A DNA stretch of 64,000 bases, taken from the NCBI GenBank assembly GCA_045105515.1, contig JBGCDR010000040.1, positions 1 through 64,000 of the forward strand. The letters are read 5' to 3'. This document shows, piece by piece, positions 1 to 9,847 of the stretch (position 1 is the stretch's first letter; each line of letters starts with the position of its first letter). The notes beneath the pieces are model-generated. The model made no database searches. It was not told the origin of the DNA and was given only the letters and a program-made list of their open reading frames with translations. The position numbers were made by a program, and so were the translations under genes. This stretch comes from Oligoflexales bacterium. Its GTDB lineage: Bacteria; Bdellovibrionota_B; Oligoflexia; Oligoflexales; Bog-1112.

Positions 1-88
1 GAAGATATTTAATTGCCGAAAATATGGTATTTTTCACTTATCACTGGAAAATAAGAAGAGTTTTTAAAATTAATTTCAACCGCGATAA

Positions 89-661
89 AAAAAACTGAGT
101 TGCAAAGGCAAGAATTTAGTTTCCGACCAGACACTACCTAGTGCCAGTGAACTATATTCTGAAGCAATTTCTTTAGGAGTGATGTCAAAATCATTTGGTT
201 TTGCAGGGTTAAGGATTGGATGGGTTACCTCTCAGAATCGGGGTATTTTAGATAAATTTGGCAAGTTCAAGCATTATTTATCAATTTGTAATAGTGCACC
301 AAGTGAATGGTTAGCAACAAAGATTTTAAAAAATCAAAGGAAAATTATTGCAGACAATAATCACCTGGTGAAGGAAAACTACAAAATTGTAAAAGGATAC
401 TTCGAAAGTGCAGAAAATATTTTTCAATGGGTTGAACCCCAGGGAGGTTGTACTGCATATCCCAAATATTTAGGTCGGGGAAACATCCTAGATGTTGCTG
501 ACCATCTCTTAAAAGACAAAGGAGTTCTTATCTTACCTGCTTGGGTATACGAGCAGGATAATCAACATTTTCGAATATCTTTTGGTCGAAAAAATTGCAA
601 GGAATCTTTAAAACTATTTTCAGAATTTTTTCAAGAGAACAAGGCTTATGAGAATAATTAA
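89..661 (+). pseudogene. C-terminal half of a class I/II PLP-dependent aminotransferase, 5' part broken
   Basis: PLP-lysine motif ISLGVMSKSFGFAGLRIGW and C-terminal HFRISFGR. The frame is open only from 89, with in-frame TAA at 65, 71 and 86. The other two frames also stop, so the N-terminal half is not contiguous. Confidence 0.7.
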
Positions 662-1571
662 CTATAGTGAAATTCTGGATTCATTGAATCAAGAAGATGC
701 CTATCGACTTCAAAAAGATGGTTTTATTGCATTTGCAGGTGGGCGATTAATTCAACCTCCTGTTGCTCATCTTGAGCTTGCCAATGGCAGCTTACATATC
801 AAGTACGGGATGCTCAAAGGAGATAGTGATTTTGTTGTTAAACATGCTACTGGGTTTGGTAACAATTCGATCAAAGGAATACCAACAGGGGATGGTTTTT
901 TAGCTACATTTTGCGCTAACACAGGAATTTTGAATACTATAGTTCTTGATCGAGGATTCTTGACCAATTTGCGAACTGCTTTTGCAGTGAGGCTATGTGC
1001 TGAACATTTTGCACCAAAATCTACTCAGAGTGTTGGTATTGTAGGAATGGGAAATCAAGCTAGGCTATCTATTGAACAACAAGCAATAGCGACCGGCTGC
1101 CGAAACATTTATGTTTGGGGGAGAAATCGTAGCAGACTTGAGGAGTATCGCAAAGATATGGAAAACTCTGGATTCACAGTATCAATTGCTGAATCTCCTG
1201 AAGTGCTGCTTAAAAAAACAGATTTAATTATTACTTCTACATCCTCAAAACGTCCATTGTTACACTATACGGCAGGTATGAAAACTAAACTGATAATAGC
1301 TGTTGGTGCAGATGAAAATGGGAAACAAGAGCTTGATTCAAAATTAATTGATTACTCTGACCGAGTAATCGGAGACGATCCAGCACAGTGTCTTCGAATC
1401 GGAGAACTTCAGCATTCTAATTTTAATGAGAATCAGATATTCTCATTGGGCCGGCTATTAAGAGAAGCTTCTCCAACAGAAGCTGGATTAACAATAGTCG
1501 ACCTTACTGGCTTAGCTATCCAAGATATTCAAATGGTTAAATCCCTGCGGGCTTCAGAAGCTATCTATTAA
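648..1571 (+). CDS. Ornithine cyclodeaminase / mu-crystallin family protein
   Basis: LTNLRTA, Rossmann motif GIVGMGNQA, AVGAD..GKQE and DLTGLAIQD. Start overlaps the upstream stop. Confidence 0.9.
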   Translation: MRIINYSEILDSLNQEDAYRLQKDGFIAFAGGRLIQPPVAHLELANGSLHIKYGMLKGDSDFVVKHATGFGNNSIKGIPTGDGFLATFCANTGILNTIVLDRGFLTNLRTAFAVRLCAEHFAPKSTQSVGIVGMGNQARLSIEQQAIATGCRNIYVWGRNRSRLEEYRKDMENSGFTVSIAESPEVLLKKTDLIITSTSSKRPLLHYTAGMKTKLIIAVGADENGKQELDSKLIDYSDRVIGDDPAQCLRIGELQHSNFNENQIFSLGRLLREASPTEAGLTIVDLTGLAIQDIQMVKSLRASEAIY

Positions 1572-1679
1572 AAGGATGTGAGCCGATATTTCATAAGTAA
1601 TAGAGAGAGCTTGTTTCTTCAGAATTCTTTCAGATAGATCAGTTCACTAGGATTGCTATAGAAAATTTTATGTAAAGAT

Positions 1680-2993
1680 TTATACAAGTTCAATGTCTTC
1701 CTCCCTTGAAAATAAGGGGGCAGGGCCGCTGCCTACACCAAGTTCACTAGTATCGGGATCAAAGCTTGCCCCTAAGTTGCTCATAACCTCTTCAGAAATA
1801 TCTTCATTTTCGAGCTCATTTGGCATGAAAGATTCTTTCTCATGATAATCACGTTCCAAATTATCAATGTACTTTTCCGCTTTTTTGAAATCTGGGCAGT
1901 ATATTTTTGATTTCTGAAACCAATCTAAAGCTTCCTGAGGCTTATTCCATCTTAAATAACCTAAACCTAAATTGAACGATAGCTTGGCTTTGATAATTTG
2001 ATCATTGACATGAATTAAAGCCGAATTGTAATGCTCAATTCCATCTGAGAACTGACCACTACGGACCATATTAACTCCAATACTGTTTAAAATTCCTGCG
2101 AAAGTTTCTGGAATGGAGATAGCCCCTGTCACCCACTTTTCAATATTGTTAACTAACAGTTTTCCAGACTTCGCCATGGAATTCTCATTGTCGATTGCAC
2201 AAGCTCGATGAAAAGCATCATTGGCCTCTTCAATATCCATATCCTTTAAGTGTAAGTTTCCAAGGTTGCAGAGGCGTTCGAGATTGTCTGGAGATTTTTT
2301 GTTGGCTCGTTTTAAGAAGCTCTTAGCTTTTTCACTATCACCTTTGAGCAGGTAAACCTTTCCGAGCTCTGACAGGAGCACAGTGTTATCACTGTATTTC
2401 AATGCCTTAAGAAGTATTCCTTCAGCAAGGTCATACTTAGCTTTTTCGCGGAGAGTTTTTCCAAGGCAAATTGCCACAGGTACAGGATTAGGGGCTTCAT
2501 TGATCATCTTAAGAAGTTCATCTTCATCGAGCTCCTGATTCCGTTCTAATTCAGAAATCATAGTTTTAAAGCGACTTTCTTGCTGGACCAACCACCTCGA
2601 CTCCTTAATCAGCATCTGCATTTTATTGACTAAAAACTTAACTGCAAAAGGCTTTTCAATATTACTAGCGTTATGAAATTCCCCGAGGAGAGAGAAGTCT
2701 TTTTTATCTAAAAATCCTGACATCACCATTATTGGGGTATTACGGTAGTAGGAGTCTTGTTTGAGTCGGTTAAACAGAGCCAGAGAGCTCAATGCAGGCA
2801 CCTTCCAGTCCATTAAAATGAAATCATAATGTTTTTTCTGGCAAGCTTTCCATGCCTGATTGCCATTTTCATAACGATCTACAGAACGAACTCCCATGGC
2901 TCGAAGTTCGTTGGTTAACATACCCGCTAAAGGAACATCATCTTCGAGTACAAGGACTGATTTCGGATTCAAATTATTACCATTTTCTTCCAT
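1680..2993 (-). CDS. Response regulator receiver domain fused to TPR repeats
   Basis: VLVLEDD...ILMDWKVP...MSG...EKPF receiver motifs, followed by TPR-like helices (ELGKVYL, NLGNLHL, FNLGLGY) and an acidic tail. Confidence 0.85.
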   Translation of the reverse strand: MEENGNNLNPKSVLVLEDDVPLAGMLTNELRAMGVRSVDRYENGNQAWKACQKKHYDFILMDWKVPALSSLALFNRLKQDSYYRNTPIMVMSGFLDKKDFSLLGEFHNASNIEKPFAVKFLVNKMQMLIKESRWLVQQESRFKTMISELERNQELDEDELLKMINEAPNPVPVAICLGKTLREKAKYDLAEGILLKALKYSDNTVLLSELGKVYLLKGDSEKAKSFLKRANKKSPDNLERLCNLGNLHLKDMDIEEANDAFHRACAIDNENSMAKSGKLLVNNIEKWVTGAISIPETFAGILNSIGVNMVRSGQFSDGIEHYNSALIHVNDQIIKAKLSFNLGLGYLRWNKPQEALDWFQKSKIYCPDFKKAEKYIDNLERDYHEKESFMPNELENEDISEEVMSNLGASFDPDTSELGVGSGPAPLFSREEDIELV

Positions 2994-3228
2994 TGCCCAC
3001 CACCCTTCTCAAAAACCTAGCGGATAACTAGTAGCTTCGTTTGGAAAATTAAAATATAAAGTAGAATATTTAACCTTCTATATATATAAATGATTTTCTT
3101 GGGAAAAAATTAATTTTCCACATCAATAAGTATAAATAATAGGGGATATGCAAGCTTTCGAATGAAGTCGAAAAAAATAATCCGATTAAGCCAGCATATT
3201 TTTTGAATTAAAAACTCAAGAAAATTTT

Positions 3229-5061
3229 TTATATACTAATTCTTTGCTGTATGATTTCATCATCTTGCTCTATTCTTGACTTAAGATGGTTGATCCGGTG
3301 CAGCGCCGTGTACATGAATCTTTCCGCAACCCAGGAACGATTTTCATCCTCTTCTGCATCAAGGACTAAGGATTCTGACAAAGATTCAAGGCATTTAATT
3401 TCACAAACTCTCTCAGCATGCAGCAAAGCAGGGCTTATGTTCTCTAGCTTAACTAAATCTCTGCTTAACGCTTTGATTAAATGCGTTATTTCTTTATCAT
3501 TGATAGTCAAAAGGGTCTCTTTGACATTATTTTTAAGCAGCTTAGCTAAGAGACTCAAGACAGCTCCATGGGCAGCCTGTTTCACCTTATAAAGTTTACT
3601 TTTAAGCTGACTCCCACTCGTTAGCCCCTTAAGCTTCAACCCGAGGACCGTTTCAATAAACTGCCGTGGATTTCTCACCACTTCCTTCAAAGTGTCTTTA
3701 ATACACATAAGTGCCTGGATTTGAGAGGTCCCCTCATAAACTGAGTAAATAAGACTTTCACGGACCCACCACTCAGCTTTGTATTTCGTTGTATAACCAT
3801 ATCCCCCTAAAATCTGCATACACTGTCTTGCATGCATCACAGAGCGTTCCCCTACCCAATATTTAATTAACGGAGTCCATTTACGAACTTTCTGTTTGTA
3901 TGAAGCAAGTTTTTTTTCTAAAAGCTGTTTTTCAACCGGCCCAAGATAGGATTTTTTTAATGCCCTTTCTGCTAGGTACATCATCGAAATACTGAAGGCT
4001 GCTTGGTAGCACAAACTGCGGGTTGCAATCAGCTCAACCTCCATGTCAAGGAGTTGTTCAGCTATTAGCTCATGCTTGGCTAAGGGTTTTCCCCAACTCA
4101 TACGCTCTTCAGCATAGTTTTTAGCCAGACTAAAAGTAGCTTCCATCAAGCCCAGCCCCTGAAACCCAACTCCAATGCGAGCATAGTTCATGAGCCTCAG
4201 CATATACTGAAACCCTTCCCCTTCTTTTCCCAATATCCAAGCGGTGGAACCATCATAAGCAAGCTCGGCAGTTGCTGAGCCATGCAAACCTAGCTTTTCT
4301 TCTAGTTTCAGCACTTTGATATTTTCGAAACCTCGATTTTCCCTCGGACATAGAAACAAGCTGAGTGCCGAAAGCCCTTCTGATCCTTTCTCATTTTTTG
4401 CTAGGACCAAGGAGATTTGACTCGTTCCGTTTGAAATAAAACATTTGGTGCCATAAAGGTTCCAAGTCCCATCTTCTTGCTTCACACCATAGGTTTTTAA
4501 AGCCCCTAAATCTGAACCAGCATTAGCTTCCGTTAAAGCCATGTTCCCTGACCAAATCCCTTGAGCAATTTTACAAATATATTCTTCTTTGATTTCCTCA
4601 CTTGCAAATGTATCCAATATATGAGCTATAGAGCCATACCAGCCCATATTAAGCATGGTAGAAGGACAGGCACGATTAACAAGCTCAGCAGCAATCGCTT
4701 CAAATATAAAGGGGGCTCCCATACCTCCATATTTTGGATCTACTCCAAGACCCGCAATACCAAACTCCTTCAGCATTTCGCAGTTTTTCTGAAGCTCTTT
4801 TGGCACTAATCCTTTACCACCAACCCACTGGTACTTGGAACGGTCAACAGCTTCTGCATTGGCGGCTATGGGTCCACCGCACATGCTTCCGAGGATATCC
4901 AAAATTTCCATCCAAGAATTTAAATATTCTTGGGGGTTTGATGCACCAATAGCCTCTTTTTCCTCCTCTGATAACCAGTCAAATAAATCTTGCCAGTTTA
5001 TCCTTTTTTTAAGGAAAAACTGCATCTCGGGATTATCACTGAAAAAGTTTTGATTGCTCAT
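3229..5061 (-). CDS. Acyl-CoA dehydrogenase with C-terminal extension
   Basis: MALTEANAGSDLG, GTKCFISNG, EKLGLHGSAT, QILGGYGY and YEGTSQIQ motifs. Start placed at MSNQNF behind a GAGGGAGG RBS. Confidence 0.92.
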   Translation of the reverse strand: MSNQNFFSDNPEMQFFLKKRINWQDLFDWLSEEEKEAIGASNPQEYLNSWMEILDILGSMCGGPIAANAEAVDRSKYQWVGGKGLVPKELQKNCEMLKEFGIAGLGVDPKYGGMGAPFIFEAIAAELVNRACPSTMLNMGWYGSIAHILDTFASEEIKEEYICKIAQGIWSGNMALTEANAGSDLGALKTYGVKQEDGTWNLYGTKCFISNGTSQISLVLAKNEKGSEGLSALSLFLCPRENRGFENIKVLKLEEKLGLHGSATAELAYDGSTAWILGKEGEGFQYMLRLMNYARIGVGFQGLGLMEATFSLAKNYAEERMSWGKPLAKHELIAEQLLDMEVELIATRSLCYQAAFSISMMYLAERALKKSYLGPVEKQLLEKKLASYKQKVRKWTPLIKYWVGERSVMHARQCMQILGGYGYTTKYKAEWWVRESLIYSVYEGTSQIQALMCIKDTLKEVVRNPRQFIETVLGLKLKGLTSGSQLKSKLYKVKQAAHGAVLSLLAKLLKNNVKETLLTINDKEITHLIKALSRDLVKLENISPALLHAERVCEIKCLESLSESLVLDAEEDENRSWVAERFMYTALHRINHLKSRIEQDDEIIQQRISI

Positions 5062-5141
5062 TTGCGCCTCCCTCATGCTAAAACCATTTTATTGATATAC
5101 TGGTTTTATGGGTTCGCGTAAACCATTCCAAGGATTCTAAT

Positions 5142-5756
5142 ATGATTTACTTATCATACTTCTCGTTAATATTATTTTTCTTCGGAATGACTAATGCTCT
5201 CAGCCAAACACTTCCTCGGGACGCAAATTTGCGAGAATCTTGCCGAAAAAAGGTCGCGGGCAAATATTTGAGCCTTTATGATACACTTGAAAAAACACAG
5301 TCTTATTTAAACTTACTTGGGCAAAAGAAAGCTCAGTTAGAAAAAGGTCTAAAAGAAACACAGAACAAACTGCTTGCTGTAAAAAAAGAGCTCGCAAAGA
5401 CCGGCTACGACATAGATCTTAGTGACAAGCATGATAGTATCAATTCGCGATTTTCAATGATTGAAGATAATTTAAACGAAAATAAACAGCTCAGTTCAAA
5501 GGCGGTAAAAAGGAATCATAGCCTAGCAAAGGAGATTGCAAAGTTAAAAGTAAGAATGTCTCATATATATATTTTTAAAAAAATAAAAGGCAAGGATCTA
5601 GGATACAAATTCCAAATTGAATATAAAGACATCTGTCCTCCCTATCGCTATTCATGCCCTTTACCTAAAGAAAAAGCTCAAAAACTTCTAGATATTTTCC
5701 CAAAGGGTGAAGTTCCTATAGCTTGTGAGCGTTATGCAAATTTTCTCAATTGGTAA
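5142..5756 (+). CDS. Hypothetical secreted coiled-coil protein with Cys-containing C-terminus
   Basis: Signal-peptide-like N-terminus, long heptad region, CPPYRYSC...AC. Confidence 0.7.
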   Translation: MIYLSYFSLILFFFGMTNALSQTLPRDANLRESCRKKVAGKYLSLYDTLEKTQSYLNLLGQKKAQLEKGLKETQNKLLAVKKELAKTGYDIDLSDKHDSINSRFSMIEDNLNENKQLSSKAVKRNHSLAKEIAKLKVRMSHIYIFKKIKGKDLGYKFQIEYKDICPPYRYSCPLPKEKAQKLLDIFPKGEVPIACERYANFLNW

Positions 5757-5780
5757 AATAGTTTTATATGAAAATTGAGA

Positions 5781-6758
5781 CTACAGTGTATAGTCTCTGA
5801 CCACTCTCTTATAGGCTACAGAATTTTTCAACTCTCTTAACTTTTCTCGATCCCAATTTATATCCTTTTGCACATAAGTGTCAGGTAAATTCCCACCCTG
5901 CTTAGCAGTTCTATCATAATAGATCTCATAACTAACCCCATTTGGATCCAAAAAAGTCTTGTACTTATGAGTCAAACCACTGTCAGCTACAGAGACCTTC
6001 GGGATTAATTTCAAAGTAATGGTAATAGTTCTGACATCTAAGTGCTTCATTATACTTAATAAATAAATTTTTCCCTCTGGGGCCAAAAAACTCTCAAATA
6101 AACAGGCTCGTAAAATAGGCTGGCCACTTAAAGACTTAATCTGGAGTTTATTTCTTGAAAGAAAGATAACCGCCCGGGAGCTCACCTCCTTAGAAAAATA
6201 CGCACGTACATAATAGGGAACAGTAAACAAATACCTTAGCGCTTCTGAGTCCATCTTTAACTCTTGAAACTTCTCTCCTCCAAGAACCTGTGCGATTGAT
6301 TTTTTGTCAAAATTATCAGGTTTTCTGCCAAAATTTTTTTGATTAGGCTTAAAAGAAAGCAACTGTTCATAGCTTTGTAGATTTGGTTCAGTAGTCTGTT
6401 TTTGAGCGGTAATATTTTCAGAATTCAATTGTCTTTCAATTCTGTTTATATACATAGGATTTGAAATTTTCTGGATAGGCTTAGATTTGGGAAAATGATC
6501 GTTTTTATTATCCACTTTTGACTTCTTGCTCACGACTTTCAGCTTAATTGGCTTTTCTAGAACTTCCCTTAGATTTGATTTGTTTTTTTGGTTTTCACGA
6601 GGGAGTATCAAGAGAATTATATGCATAAAAATAGACAGGCCTAAGCTTAGGCCTTTAAATCTCAAGCACTCAGTGCTCGAAAAGCTATGTCTGGGTATCT
6701 TGGGCAACTTTTTCAACAGGCTGTTTATTTTCATTAATATTCTCTGACTCAACATCAA
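5781..6758 (-). CDS. Hypothetical single-TM protein with TonB-like anchor (start uncertain)
   Basis: TM segment GLSLGLSIFMHIILLILP has an SxxxH pattern and is followed by a K/P-rich linker. It is the last gene of the exbB-exbD run. Confidence 0.6.
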   Translation of the reverse strand: MMLSQRILMKINSLLKKLPKIPRHSFSSTECLRFKGLSLGLSIFMHIILLILPRENQKNKSNLREVLEKPIKLKVVSKKSKVDNKNDHFPKSKPIQKISNPMYINRIERQLNSENITAQKQTTEPNLQSYEQLLSFKPNQKNFGRKPDNFDKKSIAQVLGGEKFQELKMDSEALRYLFTVPYYVRAYFSKEVSSRAVIFLSRNKLQIKSLSGQPILRACLFESFLAPEGKIYLLSIMKHLDVRTITITLKLIPKVSVADSGLTHKYKTFLDPNGVSYEIYYDRTAKQGGNLPDTYVQKDINWDREKLRELKNSVAYKRVVRDYTL

Positions 6759-9700
6759 GGTTCATCATAGTGAGATCTTTAGCTGCACTCCGACGTAGAA
6801 TTTCAACTATACTTTTCGTATTGTCCATTCCAGATTTACTGACTTGATCAATGAGCTGCTCAGCCAACAAATCATTACGCATATAGGCCATTGCAGCTTT
6901 GTAACGACGCCCCTCACTAATAGAGTCCAGCCACCCTAAGCCTTCACTGTAGACAATATGACTTGCTATAAATGCTGCAAGTATTGCAATCTGATGAGCT
7001 TCGGGTAATTGACTCAGAATTCGATCTTTATACTTTTCCTGCAAAACTACAGGACAATGCTTAAGGACCAAGTTCTTAAACATCAGATCGCTCAAAATCT
7101 CTTCTTTCTTTTCAAGAAACCTTTCAAGCAATATATCAGTTACCTGATTAATCTCCCGAGAAATCTCAGTTGACAGATTAACCAAGGTCATATTTCTCCT
7201 CCGATTAAGGTATTCAGTAAATAAGAGCTTAGCTTCTTTACCGGCTTTTTCCCTCAATATTTCTATAACCTGTTGAACATACTCATCCTTGATTTCGTTG
7301 AATTCTTGCTCGGATAACATTAAGGAAGCTATGATCTCGAAAGACGAGCAAATCACTCCTGTCTTGTTAGCACTTGAATCCTTAATCATAAGGATGCCTC
7401 GCTCTTGTAACAAGACTCTGGCTTCATCAGTAAAAAAGATATTTGCACCTTCAATAATTGCTCTACAACTTGGAACACCAGTTTCGTCAAAAAACTTTTT
7501 ATAGTTTTTAGCACTCACGGTATAGGGACGACCTCCTGCTGGAATAAAGATATCAGCGTAGGTTACCGCGTGGAGCTCATTTCTAATCCGAATATTCTCA
7601 CTAGTATCAGCATGAATCACAAAAGCTTTGTTAGATTTAGAGAGTTTTTCTTCAGAGAATTTTACGATTGAATAGCCTTTCTCAATAAGGCGATGTAGTT
7701 CGGTCCAGTCAAGCCCTTCTGGATCATGGGCAGCTCCCCCACCATCAGCAACAGCTACAATGCGCGCATTCTCTCCATACTCACGGTATAGAATATTTAG
7801 TTCATTGCCTGCAACATCTCCATCAGGGCCACCAGTAATTTTAACTGTAAATTTCTCTTTTGTCGGGGTAATGTCGAGGAATCGGAGCGTATGATCCACA
7901 AATACATGTAGGCCTTCTGAAGTCACTCCATACTCTTTGTGATTAATACCAGCGCCTGGTTTAGAAGAAATAAAAGCTTCTGCATACCGGTACCCACGTC
8001 GAGCGGCATGCTTAGGGACCCACTCGATGAGGTCATTTGTCATATTTTCATCAGGGCCAAGGTATATGATCTCTTCATCGTGATAATAGCTAACCTGAGT
8101 ACTTGATTTTTGCTCATGAGTCTCATCTTCGGATACGAGTAAATCCAATAAAGCATTGATACCACTTCTCACCGCACGGTTTTTATAGGCCCCTTCCCGA
8201 AGCACCATTACCGCTTTAGATCCACCTTCAGGTATATCTTTGTTTTTCAATTGTTGAGCATGTGAGAGTCCATACACCTCATCAAATAATCCTGAAATTG
8301 CGTAACCATAATCGGTCTGGTTACGAGGCATAACAATGCGAAGACCGCCTCGAGCGACATCCTTCCAACGCACTTGGAAAAAACGATAATTTCTTCCTAT
8401 GATAAAAAAGATACCAAAGGGTTTTTGCGGATAGTGCCTTGCATCTAGAATATCTGGCGATAGCCTAAAGGCCATACCGGTTTTGGTTGGGAGGAAATAA
8501 TTGGTTTTTAAAGTAGATTCCACGAATTTAATTGCTTCATCATAGATATGACGTTCAACCTTATCAATTAAGTCCTCAATCTTAGTTCTCAGCTTGGCCT
8601 TTGCCTTCGCGTAACCAGCATTTTTTCTAGCGTCAGGGTCAAGTGGATTAAATTTAAGTCGAAACAATTCAACTAAATCATTGGTAATTTCTGCGTTGTT
8701 TACAAAGGTATTGTAAATCTTGTACTCAGAATAATAATATATGTTTTCCTTACCAAGTAGTATATGCACCCAAGAAGCCATCGATCGTAGCAAGTTTACT
8801 GCGTTAATAGAAAGGTCGAAGGGCTTTTTCATAAACTCATTGTAATCATCTGAATCGGTCCACCCCAGCGTCCGAAGAGCTTTTACCATTTTAATAACTG
8901 AAATATGTTCGATACTGATCTTATTGGCAGTTTGATGCTTCAAAATAAAATGCATAACTGTGATAGGCTCTCGATAACCCTCACTAAAGTTCACTGTAAA
9001 GAACCTTACAATATCAAAGCCATGTGAGTTCATTAGGAGAAAAATATGCTCCAGGACCTCACCAGTTTCTACCCCTTTCAGCCCTAAAGTTAAACGACCT
9101 GAAGCAGAATTTTCAAAGGGTTCAATAAAAGTATGAGCTCCTTCATGTACCAACATGTGCCGGAGCATTCTAAAGGTAATCTGTAGTCGTGAAGGTGTCG
9201 CATATACTACAAAATCATGATCGAGATGGCTAAGATAGTGATCAATTTCGATTTCAGCATTCGGCATTTCTGTTAGCAAGAGTTTTTTTGCCTCAGTAAT
9301 TTTATTGACCACATGCCGGTTTTGCTCATCTATTGGAACATAGTCTTTGCAGAGAAAAGTCGAGAGGAAGAGCAGCTTATCACGAGAAAAATACAAAGAG
9401 CCCATCTTTATGTGGAATGGTGTAATTTTCTGTGACATTGCTAGTAGAATTTGCCTATCAGATCCCGGACCTATGTAGGTAACTTTGGTACGATCATGAT
9501 CCCATAATTCTACAGTCTGTTTAGTTTCAAATACATGTCCAGTAATCACTGCTGATAAATGTCTAACTTTTTCAGCTCTTGGAGTCGTCTGATAGTACAT
9601 CCGAGGCATGTTATTAAAAAACCAAGGGGTTAAGATCGCTATGCTTTGATCTAAACCAATTCTAACGGTATCGGCAATGTCCTCTATGTATGTTTCCAGG

Positions 9701-9816
9701 TCTTGACCGGTCTTCTCAAACTGGAACTCAACATCTTTTGAAGAGTTACTACCAAAGTCAAAGTGATCTGCCATTTCATCCACTTGAACTGCAACATCCG
9801 CTCTATTATCTGCCAT
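6685..9816 (-). CDS. Large NAD-specific glutamate dehydrogenase
   Basis: ARGGLR, QQLKNKDIPEGGSK, GPDENM, GVTSEG, TGGPDGDVAGN, EGANIF and DSSANKTGVICSS motifs. Start set at MADNRA with a GAGGTGG RBS. Confidence 0.92.
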   Translation of the reverse strand: MADNRADVAVQVDEMADHFDFGSNSSKDVEFQFEKTGQDLETYIEDIADTVRIGLDQSIAILTPWFFNNMPRMYYQTTPRAEKVRHLSAVITGHVFETKQTVELWDHDRTKVTYIGPGSDRQILLAMSQKITPFHIKMGSLYFSRDKLLFLSTFLCKDYVPIDEQNRHVVNKITEAKKLLLTEMPNAEIEIDHYLSHLDHDFVVYATPSRLQITFRMLRHMLVHEGAHTFIEPFENSASGRLTLGLKGVETGEVLEHIFLLMNSHGFDIVRFFTVNFSEGYREPITVMHFILKHQTANKISIEHISVIKMVKALRTLGWTDSDDYNEFMKKPFDLSINAVNLLRSMASWVHILLGKENIYYYSEYKIYNTFVNNAEITNDLVELFRLKFNPLDPDARKNAGYAKAKAKLRTKIEDLIDKVERHIYDEAIKFVESTLKTNYFLPTKTGMAFRLSPDILDARHYPQKPFGIFFIIGRNYRFFQVRWKDVARGGLRIVMPRNQTDYGYAISGLFDEVYGLSHAQQLKNKDIPEGGSKAVMVLREGAYKNRAVRSGINALLDLLVSEDETHEQKSSTQVSYYHDEEIIYLGPDENMTNDLIEWVPKHAARRGYRYAEAFISSKPGAGINHKEYGVTSEGLHVFVDHTLRFLDITPTKEKFTVKITGGPDGDVAGNELNILYREYGENARIVAVADGGGAAHDPEGLDWTELHRLIEKGYSIVKFSEEKLSKSNKAFVIHADTSENIRIRNELHAVTYADIFIPAGGRPYTVSAKNYKKFFDETGVPSCRAIIEGANIFFTDEARVLLQERGILMIKDSSANKTGVICSSFEIIASLMLSEQEFNEIKDEYVQQVIEILREKAGKEAKLLFTEYLNRRRNMTLVNLSTEISREINQVTDILLERFLEKKEEILSDLMFKNLVLKHCPVVLQEKYKDRILSQLPEAHQIAILAAFIASHIVYSEGLGWLDSISEGRRYKAAMAYMRNDLLAEQLIDQVSKSGMDNTKSIVEILRRSAAKDLTMMNLDVESENINENKQPVEKVAQDTQT

Positions 9817-9847
9817 AACCACCTCTCTATTCAAACAAAACGCATAC

